A DNA stretch of 63,201 nt, filler included, from Craspedostauros australis (taxonomy: Eukaryota): assembly GCA_030167865.1 (NCBI GenBank). It is 10 parts of 10 records of this genome, joined end to end, with 100 filler letters (N's around TTAATTAATTAA, not from the genome) between each part and the next. Parts side by side here need not be neighbours in the genome. Positions count along the whole stretch, not along the records: positions 46,744 to 52,871 come from JALAGF010004653.1; positions 52,972 to 54,979 come from JALAGF010004654.1; positions 55,080 to 57,055 come from JALAGF010004656.1; 7 more parts are not named here. One strand, 5' to 3'. The position numbers and the translations under genes were made by a program. Shown piece after piece: positions 46,744 through 57,155 of the stretch. The first letter of the stretch is position 1. The number at the start of each line of letters is the position of its first letter. The notes below the pieces were generated by a model. That model worked only from the letters and a program-made list of their open reading frames with translations. It was not told the origin of the DNA and ran no database searches.

Positions 46744-49700
46744 CTGCACTCGTCTGAAGGAGAGGTGCCCGAGTCGATAGTGCCACTTGAGCAGCTCCTT
46801 TTGCGGTTGGGTCAGGTTTTGGTTCTGCTCTGCCACGGAAGTAACAGTTGTGGTGAGCGCCGCTGGGAGTTCGGTGAGGTCACCAGTGCGGTATGCACGT
46901 GAGGTCGGAAGGTTGTTCGATTTCTTGTTGTGGGCGATGATGGGACCTCGTTCGTTGTTTCCAGGGATGCCGCTCAGCTGGATGTTGTTTGCTTCCACGA
47001 CAATATTTTCCCCTTTGTATTCATTGAGGAGGCATGCGGTGCTGATGAGCTTGACCGAGGACTCCGGCACATAGAAGACTGGAAGGGATAAGGATCGAGG
47101 GTTGCCGCTGATGTCGAGTATGGACCATTCCACTCTGCCTTTCGTCTTGACTTTGGTGCGGCGAAGAAACCCGTTGAGGAAGGTTGGCGAGGTTGGAGCA
47201 GAGGTAGGACCCACGAAGTCGTTGATATCGTTGGTCACGCAGATGGAGGCGCCGGTGTCCCATACCACATCGAAGGAGCCGTCTTGAGGGATGATGCCTT
47301 CCACCTTGTGTGGTGCGGCGAAGGCATGTTGGAAACCGAAGGTTGTTGCGAGGGTGTGATAGGCGTTGGTGATCAGACTAACGCCTGTATTTCCATGGAG
47401 CTGCGCTTCGCGTGTGTTACCGTTGTGGCGGAGACTCTGATGTTCGCTTGGGTCTGTGTGAGATCCCCGCTTGAAGCGAGTGGGAGTCCTTAAGTGGTAG
47501 AGGTCACAGTGATGTTTTGTGTGCCGGTTCGGTGGATGAGCGGGATTCGTTTTGTTTCGCGCGTGACAGGAGTTTTGGTGTTTTCGGAACCGGCGAGCAC
47601 GGCGAGTTTTGTTTTGGTGGTTCGCACATGGGGCGTGACGTGGGACGTGGCGTTTGATGTTGGTGCGCTTGTGAAGGAGAAAACGTTTGAAGTCGTTGTT
47701 CCCGAACAGAGAGTCGTAGAGATCGTTCGAGGGCGTTGCCGGGTAGTGATAGAAGCGTAGTCTTGCTCTATTTGACTTGTTTTGTTTCTTTCTCCATGTG
47801 TTGATCTGGCGGATGGTTCGCATTGGAGTTGACTGGTACTGGCGTGGGACGTTGGTGTGAAGGGCGAATAGCACAACGGCTGTTGTCATCCACATCATAA
47901 TGCTCATCACATGCCATCCGCACTCGATGCCGAGTAGGGCGACTTGTGCTGCACAAAGGAGGAGAAAGGTACCGGTGATGATGTTGATGGTGTCGAAGGA
48001 GGTGAAGGCATCCCATACGGCTGTCCACCAGGTATGTTCGCTCACGTGCGCTTCCGCGGACAGGCAGGTCCAGGCAGCGTGGTCGATTTCGAGCTGTGGA
48101 CTTTTGGGCTTTCGCTGGAAGTCGTCGATGTGGCCAGCTGTGCCGTGGGAGATGCGCCAGTGGCGGCACTTCGCACACCAATGGAAGGTCTTGTTGTTCA
48201 TGAGCTTTTGTTGTGGCTCACCCTTCCGTGGGGGTGTTGTGATCCAAGGGTCCTTCTTTTGTTGTGTTTTCTTGGCGGCCTGCTTGCCCTTGGCGTTCAT
48301 GCGTTTGCCTCCTTTGTTCTGTTCCAGAAGACGAGCTTCCTTTGTGGTTGAGGAGTGGTTTGCATGCATGCGCGGGGTGTTGCGGTCACGGGAGTGCCTG
48401 TTGGCATGCCAGGAGTTTCCCTGGAGCTCGTCAAGATAAGCATCCTCAGCCACGCTGCAGATGTCCATCCAGGTGAGGTCCTCATGGAGCAGGTGGGGCT
48501 CCGCTCGCTCGTAGGTCTTGAGGGACTTGTCTTCGATCAGTCATCTGAGTCGATCGCTGATGTCGAGGATTCGATGACGGTATCGTTCTCCTGACGTGGT
48601 TCTTCCTCCTACCATGAAGAAGTTGTCTGTCATGGTACGGAGAAGCGAGATTTCGAACTGATCGGCGTCTTGAAGTTCCTTGCACATGATGCGAAGAGCG
48701 TCAGCCATGGCTTGGATGTTCTCTCCTTGGAACTTCTGGGGTGTGGTCTTCCTGACCTTCTCTTGGAGCCGTGCGTACTTGTCCAGCGAGCTTGAAGTGA
48801 TGCTCTTGATGAGTTCGGTGAAAATCACGTTGAAGTCTTGTTGGTACTTCGGCTTGATGCGGTTCATCAGGCGGTCTTCGAGGTCAGGGTCAAGGCTGTC
48901 ACGGAGGAATCGAGCGGCAGATGCGTTGTTCTGCTTGTCGTATCGATCCCACAAGTGGCGATAGAAGTCATGGTGGTCAGTGGCTTGGCTGATGGTGGTG
49001 CTGCCTGGGGCATCGAGGACACACACCATCTCGTCGGGGTGTTCGTTGCTCCTCATGTAGGTCATTGAGATGAGGCCTGCGGTGGACATGTGGTCCTTGA
49101 GGAGGCGCAGCATGCGCTGGCGGTTGTCCCCGATCCGGAAGCGAGGGCGGATGCCTTTCTCCCGCTCCGGTTGGTTCTTGGAGTCCGAGCCGTTGTGGAG
49201 GACGCGCTGCTGTTGGGAGCTGTCGTAGGACGTGGCTGCGTCTTCCACAAGGCCAGTCCATTCGACGTTCGGTTTCCCTCCCGTCCAGGGCACCCAGTGA
49301 CGACCAGCCTTGGTGAGGCCACCCATGATGGGTTTCTCCGGCTTGTCCTCGCTCTCGTACGCTACGTACGTGGTTTCGGGTCCGATGGGGTCTTCGTCTG
49401 CGTCAAAAGGGAAGCCACCTCCAGTGGATCCAGTTTGATTGCCTACGTTCCCTTCGCGTCTTGCGGTTCCCTCGGTTTCACCAAGGTTCGGTTGGTTGTC
49501 GGCGTCCCCATCGTTGCCTTGGGCGGTTTCGCCCTCTCCTTGCCCAGCTGCCGTTTGGTCTCTTTGCTGAGCAGGGATGGGTGTAGCTCCTCGCGAGATT
49601 CGGGATTCGTTGAGATCTCGAAGGGCTTGAGCGGCTTGTTGGTTGAGCCGCTCCACGAAAGCCTCCAGTCGGCGTTCTTCGCTGCTGATGCTCGTGTCTT

Positions 49701-50724
49701 CTCCTTGGTCGCTCATGGTGAGGTGGCGGAGGTGTCGAAGTCGTTGGGCTTCGCTTGGTGTCGACGATTGTCTCGGGCTTGGCTGCTCTTCCCCCCTTCG
49801 ATGGTGAAGGTGTGCACGGAGGTATTGGCAGGAGTGCTCTTGAGACGTACACCTGGTTTTGCAGGTGTTGGTGGGGTGCGCTTGCTTAGCAAGGGCTTGG
49901 TTTGATGAGTTGCCTTCGGGCTAACTTCATAGATTGCTAGTCAGGGTCGTTGGTCCTGAGAGGCTTGGAGCCTTTGGGCTCAGTGTCGTTGGACACAGCG
50001 GTCTGCGCACTTGAGGAAGTCTCTTTGAGAGTGAGGAAGGTGGATGTAAGCGAGAACCACTCGCAGCTACCAGTTAGTATTCCGTGTCTTCTGCACGTTG
50101 TCAGGAGGATGATCTGTCCTTCAACCGGCTTTGACGCCGTTTGATGCTGAGAACAAAGCTGTATCAGACGATGGTGTAACTGTAGTAAACTTGGAAGTAA
50201 GCTGTGAAGATTGTTTCTGATTGCTTGTTTTATGTGTTAAGCTTACTGTTGACAGGACGATCGAGTAAAAGGGCAGGGTTCATGCCGTCGTGCTTTAGCC
50301 GTTTGTGTTGTACAGTAACATGTCGTGATGGTTCTGCACACGCCCAGCTGTTCAGTAGTTCCATCCGTAGAGCAGTACTTGATTCAAGGGTATGGATATG
50401 CTTCAAGATGCCTGCAGGGTTTGCAAGATGGTTAGCTGGACAGGTGGCACGGTTGCATGAGCTGGAGGGTGAGCAGGGCATGGATTGTGGTTCAACTATA
50501 CACCATGCGCGCGGTAGCCTTTCATTGCAGTATCGGGTTCGGATACCGGGTACCGTGTACGCAACATGGACGATTGAGTCCCGGGTGGATCCCGGACCAA
50601 GTCTGTCCCAACTACCTTTATGGAGTAATACACGGATGAGGGACTGGATGATTCGGTTTCAGATTGAAGCATAGTATCGTAGTCATCAAGATAATGTCAT
50701 CAGACTCTTCAACAGGCCCAACAA
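46744..50724 (-). mobile_element. Second CoDi-type Ty1/Copia element, 5' part: putative LTR (~50724-50148), gag (from 49716), protease and GAG-pre-integrase
   Basis: Gag DRYDKQNNASAARFLRDSL, Zn-knuckle-like WCAKCRHWRISHGTAGH, protease VVWDTGASIC, FYVPESSVKLIS and ELLKWHYRLGHLS. One in-frame TGA at 48543-48541. LTR limits approximate. Confidence 0.88.
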
Positions 50725-50958
50725 GAGGAGTCATTTCGTCGTCCATGCTGTTGAGCCATTCCTAGAGGGATACATCGAACATCTATGTTCGATCACCAAA
50801 CACGAAACTGCCACCACCTCCGACAACAGGGACACGCGGCAAAATGTCTGGCACGATAAAAAACCTCTTGCCTTAAACCAAATAAATAGCGTCGGCGTCT
50901 TTTGATATTGTTAAGGTCATCACAACGAAATTGATAAACTCATGATGTCATGTGTCAT

Positions 50959-51080
50959 TGTCGGGAATGTCGGGAATGTCGGGCGCTTTGTCGGGAATGT
51001 CGGGAGTTTTGTCGGGAATGTCGGGCGTGTTGTCGGGAATATCGGGCGTGTTGTGGCGATTGTCGAGAATGTCGGGAGTC
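50959..51080. repeat. Minisatellite built from TGTCGGGA(A) 9-mers with a ~21-nt higher-order period
   Basis: tgtcgggaa tgtcgggaa tgtcgggcgctt tgtcgggaa tgtcgggagttt..., directly visible. Confidence 0.9.
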
Positions 51081-51844
51081 TCGGCACCAGACATCTGCGC
51101 CTGGATGGGCAGACTTCACGGGGAACGGACAGACGAAACAATCGAAGAACAAAAAACGCGTGGTGGTAACAAAGGAAACAGACACACACGGGACGAAACC
51201 GACACAATTGCGATCATGTTGTGGATGTGTACTTGACTGGCACAAGTTGAAGCACGACTGGAGATTTTGAACTGCAGCTGCCCCTTTGCGTCCGCATGCC
51301 AAACGTTTCTAGTCATAGGCTACAACGAAACAATAACTTTGTATTTACAAGTCCCAGGAGCTTAAAATTTTACGAATCTACTCTACACACCATAATAGGA
51401 TGATATAAGTGCTTAGATTTATAGTATTACAATCACTACATGAGTACCCTGCATTGCATACATGGACTGTGATGTGATGCGAGGCGACATGGTGTGTCGT
51501 TGTTGTGGCGTCAAGCGAAAAAGCTGCCCGTTGTTTGTCCAAACCGCAAATCCGCACGGCAACAACAAACAACGCGCTCATCCGATTTGGGTGGCATTTT
51601 GTGTGTGTTCGGGTTGAAACTTCATGGATCACAACAGCACCGTCCGGTACTTTTGTTAGTCGTGGATAAAATAGACGGTTTGCAATTCGACTCATTAGAC
51701 TAATTTAGCACCAGCTTCGTGGGTTCACGTTTCAATTCTGTGGAGACACATTTGCATATTGGATATAACGGTCAAATCAAACCTGTAACGTTCAGAGAGC
51801 AGGACAGGCCAGCCAACACGGAACGCTTGAGTGTCTTCCTGTCA

Positions 51845-51935
51845 CCGTTCTGAATCAAACCCCCCGTTCTGAATCAGACAGCTCATTCTGGATTCAGAAT
51901 CAGAACTTCTGAAGTTCTGAATCCGTTCTGAATCG
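51845..51935. repeat. Cluster of direct and inverted TTCTGAATC motifs upstream of a transposase; probable subterminal binding sites
   Basis: ccgttctgaatc x3, ttctgaatc, ttctgaagt, and inverted gattcagaa and tcagaac, about 300 nt before the ATG at 52210. Confidence 0.7.
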
Positions 51936-52209
51936 ATTATGTTGTCTGAATGCTCTTGCGGACGAGGGCCGGGTGGTTTACAAGATTGTCACCATTTTAA
52001 ACATGATACATAACGTATATTAACGCCTTTCAAACACAACAAGTTGGTAACACAACAACCACTTCCTTGCTATTTCTTGCCGAGCGCTCTCACGCACATC
52101 ATCGATAGCTGCTCCATCGTCGCTGTCGCTGTCGCTGGTACTGTTGCTGTTGCTGCGCACTTGCAAGTCTTCACACATCATACCACGAGTACACCCTCTT
52201 CGATTTACA

Positions 52210-52871
52210 ATGGCTGACGTGATCACAGCTGATCAAACGCTCCACATGGGGCTCATGGTGGTGAGCTCTTGCTACGATGAATTCGATGGGAAGCGTATGA
52301 TTGCCAAGACCAGCTGCTTCCGGTTGCATTTTGGTGTCGGGCCTGCAGCTGTCGCAGCTCTCTACTTTGACCTCCAATCACTCAACAAGGAACACGCGTT
52401 CGCGAGAATCTCTTTGCGCAGGCTGCTCATCACTCTGTTCTGGATGAAGACGTACAGCACGGAGACCTTGATGGCCAGCAAATTCCACCTCTCCGAGAAG
52501 ACGATTCGAAAGCACTGCCTCGCATACGTGCAATCGATTGCTGCGCTGCGACAGCACAAGGTAAGATAGTCCAGAAGCATCTACATATGCGAGAATGTCA
52601 TCAATCTCATCAAGTCACTGTGCACTCACCATCTTCCAGATTCGTTGGACTCAAACCGTTGCTGAAAATGATCAAACTTTTGTTGTGACTGTGGATGGTA
52701 NACACTGCGAGATCAACGAGCCTCGAGATGATCCAAGCTCCAAATGGTTTTCGCACAAATCACATGGTCCTGGTCTTGCGTATGAGTTGGCAATCTCCAT
52801 CCGTGAGAGCAGGTTGGTCTGGATCAATGGCCCATTTCCTGCCTCTGTGAACGACCGCACAATCTACAAAA
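52210..52871 (+). mobile_element. PIF/Harbinger-superfamily (DDE_Tnp_4-like) transposase, partial; exons 52210-52560 and 52640-52871
   Basis: FRLHFGVGP, LLITLFWMKTYSTE and EKTIRK (HTH-like). AAG|GTAAG...CAG|ATT intron. VTVDG.HCEINEP, WFSHKSHGPGLAYE and LVWINGPFPASVND. Confidence 0.85.
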
Positions 52872-52971
52872 NNNNNNNNNNNNNNNNNNNNNNNNNNNNN
52901 NNNNNNNNNNNNNNNTTAATTAATTAANNNNNNNNNNNNNNNNNNNNNNNNNNNNNNNNNNNNNNNNNNNN

Positions 52972-54979
52972 GCCCCCGGTCGTGAAGAAGTTGAGCAAGT
53001 CGTACGTGATGAAGGCGCGGTGGTGGTCGGTGTGGTCGTCACCATCGTGCTCAAGAGTTGCTGCCATCGCGTAGTGTTCGTCGGATTCGTCATTCTCATG
53101 TTGTCGTGGAAGATGAGCGTTTGTCGGGGCTGAGGGACGGTGTTCGGCCGGTTCGAATTCGCTTGGCGGAGCCATGATTGTCGGTGGTACCTCCGGCGCG
53201 ACGCCGAGTTGGATGTGCAGGTGCAGTATNCCGATTTCAAAACGCTCGTCGTGCGTAATGAGGTGCCAGGCGAAACCCGCTCGTCGCATGAAGTCCTGCA
53301 CCCGTTCGTCTTCGTCCGGTGGTCGTAGGCCGTTTTCCATGGCGGCGATGGCCCGTTCCAGAGTGTATCGCTGGCCTTGCGTTCTTGGTATGAAGCCGAA
53401 GTATGAGACGGGGAGGTGGTATTCGCCTGTTTCGAGCATTTCTTCGACGGCATCGACGAATCGGCGAATGGCGTAGTAAACGCACTGGCTCCTTGCGGCT
53501 TCCGTCGGGAATCGAAATTGCACTACATGGTCGAAGTAATAGCCGATGTGTCGAGTGATGTTGACATGGTGTGGCCATAGGTGGCCGATGTCGATGGGGC
53601 GCATTGTGGTGCCTGGAAGTGGATCGTCGTCCTCCGAGGACGAGTCGGAGTGATTGCTCATCATGAGAATGTGGTGCTCGTTGGTTGACGTTCCTTTGCT
53701 TGTTGCCGCTTCTTCTTGTTCCTTGCGCATCCTGGCTCGGATTTCGAGTTGCTGGATGCGAAGCATCCTTTCCATCTCAAGGTCGCCCTGTGCCCAACGT
53801 CGTTCCTCCCAGGTCAACTCGGTGGTGTCAATTTTGGCCAGATTTCGGAGCATGGAGTCAGCGTTGCGCACCAGATCGTGGGCCTTCTGTGTTACTATCT
53901 CATCTGCGTGGATTGTGTAGCGCTGAAGGGTCGCGCGGCAGGTTTGGAGAGCGTGCTTCATGTCTTCCACAGCTTGGTCTTTGCTAGGTTCACTTGTCGC
54001 GATAGTGGTTACGTTTGCGCTGGTTTCGAATGGTCGTGTGATGTCGTCGGCCCAGGCCACTTTTCCACCCAACGTGTCGTAGGTGAGGCGCTCGACGGTC
54101 CGTCGTTCTCGTGGTGTGCGCTTGTTGATGCGTTCAGAGCGGCGTAGTGGAGGCGGTTTTGCCTTTCTAATCGTCGGTTGTTCTGTTGGTGCAGTGATGG
54201 GTTTGCGCAGCGGTGAAGTCGGAGGAGAGTCGATTGGTGGTTGTACGTCGTCGTCACTGTTGTCGTTGATAACTCCCTCTGTTGGCGGCAACGGTTCAGC
54301 GTGACTTGCTGGATCTTCTCCGGCTCCCTCTGTCGACGGCATCGGTGGTATCGGGTTGTTGATATCGATGGTTGTTGGCGAGCGGCTGACTTGTTGAGGT
54401 GGTTGTACTTGGTCGATTGGGGTGGCATCGGTTTTCGTGTGTGATGTCACGGGTTGCCTCAAAATGTGAGTTGGTGAATTTTGTTCACTCACAATCGGGG
54501 TTCTTGTGTTTGGCGTTTCTGACAACAATTTTGCCGGCGGATCGTCATCGTGTGAGGAAAGGAATCGCTGGTGGTCGGCTTCATCCTCTCGCTCGATGTC
54601 CCGCTCTTCCATAGCAATGATGTCGTCGTCATCGAACGGTATTTGGTAAGTAGTATCACCAAACATGTGCGTCCATTCCGTCGAGTTGTAGTCTGGAAGA
54701 TCAGCCAAGTCGGTCGCTATCGTCGCGAACCAATCGTCAAACACAACGTGGAATTGTGGCGTGATCGATCCTGTCCTCGGCGAGAGGACCAGCGGAACTG
54801 TGGACGCGTGACGAGGGGAGAGTCCCATGTTTACATAGCGCTCCCCACGTGGTTCCCATCTTGGTATCTTGCGGCCGTCGCCGAGCGCCTTGTTTAAGAC
54901 GTAGACGGGGCTGCCCCACACATGTAGGTTGTGTAGCTGTTTCAGGGGCATGCGCGTGCGCGAGAGAATATCCAAAGGC
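52972..54979 (-). mobile_element. CoDi-type Copia pol fragment: integrase C-terminus plus a very long post-integrase region
   Basis: LHVWGSPVYVLNKALGDGRKIPRWEPRG..MGLSPRHASTVPLVLSPRTGSITPQFHVVFDDWF and LRRSER. Frame open across the whole contig. Confidence 0.85.
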
Positions 54980-56066
54980 NNNNNNNNNNNNNNNNNNNNN
55001 NNNNNNNNNNNNNNNNNNNNNNNTTAATTAATTAANNNNNNNNNNNNNNNNNNNNNNNNNNNNNNNNNNNNNNNNNNNNAACAGTGTTTCGTCCATGGGT
55101 GGCTCCTGTATGCGATGCAACTGGAATTCATCTCTTCGAACAGTTCTTCCTGCACCAGCAATGCTGTCCGGTGAATTAGTTGCTTGGTTGCCACTGTGCC
55201 ACAGCAACAATGGAATGCTTGGCTGTAGTTCGTTGTATGCCTCAATTTGTGTTCGATACACNTTGTGTTCGCCCATCATGCAGATCGAACAAGGGGCTTC
55301 CTGTGGGTGGCTGCATTCCCTCCATGCACAAGACTGTCCATTTGCTTGCACTCCTTGTCCTGGTTTCCGGATGACCAGGACCGCCATGGCAGGATCACAA
55401 CCGAGGTGATTCTGTCCGCACCGTCTCTTTGGATTTTGGTGTCCTTCTTTTGTTGTTGTCAGGTGTGTTGGTACAGCCGTTCGTTCCTTTGTTGACATGT
55501 CCATGACTATCCTTTGTTGTTGGGAATGGGGTTCATGTGCATGCTCGTATTGTCAGTTCTGTTGAGATCATCAACATACAGTGGGGCATTTTAGTGTCAA
55601 CCTTCTAGGCAACACAAAACACTCCGAAGCTGGTGGGGATGCCATGCTCCTTTTCGTACATCCGCATTATCTACATGCCACCCTCAAGCAAGGTGCATTT
55701 CAGTGAACAGCTAAACATGCATTGTGTTGTGGAACCATAACAGTGTTGTGTTGGCCATTCGTGCTACATGGTTGTTGTAGTCTTTTCTCTGGAGGTGCCT
55801 GTGATGTTTTCCGTTTTCCTTCTCACAACATGGGTGCTCGCACATGCAGACACACTCTTCCGCAATTCACTGACAGCCACAACAAACTCCATTGCGGGTA
55901 TCGCCATCAACGCAAATGACTAACAACAACGCAGCTACTTGTGCAACACCAGATGAACGATACGAGATTGAGGTGGGGACTATGTGATAACATTCTATTA
56001 TGTGCCAGACGGCTTACTCCNNNNNNNNNNNNNNNNNNNNNNNNNNNNNNNNNNNNNNNNNNNNNN

Positions 56067-57055
56067 TGCTGCTGCTGATGCCCTCACTTGTTGTGCTGTT
56101 GCTCTCCTCGCTTCTGGCTTCGTCCTCCACCATTTCCTCCATATCCACCTCCCGTGAGGTGTCTGCTCCTGAGGGGGGCGCCAGTGATGCCACCCAATTC
56201 TCCATTTCCCTGATATCCGCCATGGTCTCCTGCAGGTCAAACAAAGGATTTTCATCCTGCAGTTCGAATTGCGTGATAGCTGCAATGGCATACATTGCCA
56301 GTTGGTGTTTGCAAAGTTGGTGCCGCCACTCCACCCGCAAGCACTTCCAGTTTTTGAAGCGTTTGTGAACTGTTTCGTGCCTTGCACGTATCACTCCATT
56401 GTATCTGGTCCTCTCAATGCAACACGAAGGCTCACCCCTGTAGCCTTGATCCGCAATCACCTGCTCTCCTTCGTCCAGTTCCTGCCTCAGCTTGCGTCGA
56501 AAAATGGTTACATCATTCCACTCCCCACACGGAAATGGACCCTCGACCCAAACAAGATGGCCTGTCTGAATGCACACACCAGTCTCATATCTGAGGCCTG
56601 CCCCATTGAATTTGTGAGAGTACCAATCTGTGTCGAAAGGATTGGGCTCCACAATCCGAAAGTCGGTGCCATCCACGGACATGAAAACAGTGTTGTGACC
56701 AACACTGCCATTCTTGCGTTCCTCTATTCTGATCTGCAGTGATACAAAAAAGGAACTTGAGCATGTGCAAGGGATGTGAGTCATGTCAGGCAAGCACACG
56801 CATTCAAGTCATCTCCGCACACAGCACCAAGTTCACTCACCTTTGTTCTGCTCAGTCGCGCAATGCCTTCCAAAACAATCCATGTCCACTTCATCAATGT
56901 TCTGCGGTCCCTATTCAGCATCACTGAAAGAATCTCCCATGGACTGTATTGCTTCAGGAATACGAGTGCAGCAAGCATGTGGTTGATTGTGGTGTTGCCT
57001 GGTAGCAGCCCGTCTTGTGTCAGTGCTGTCCATACTGCAGAAGCCACTGCGATGC
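56067..57055 (-). mobile_element. Second PIF/Harbinger-superfamily transposase, partial; exons 57055-56841 and 56733-56067
   Basis: HMLAALVFLKQY..DRRTLMKW. AAG|GTGAG...CAG|ATC intron. MSVDGTDFRIVEP, WYSHKFNGAGLRYE, VWVEGPFPCG, VIADQGYRG and RARHETVHKRFKNW (D-D-E). Confidence 0.88.
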
Positions 57056-57155
57056 NNNNNNNNNNNNNNNNNNNNNNNNNNNNNNNNNNNNNNNNNNNNT
57101 TAATTAATTAANNNNNNNNNNNNNNNNNNNNNNNNNNNNNNNNNNNNNNNNNNNN

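Noticed and set aside
50942..51302. Repetitive ORFs (CRECRE, SGMSG, VGNVG)
   Set aside because: All frames are open only because of the TGTCGGGAA minisatellite.
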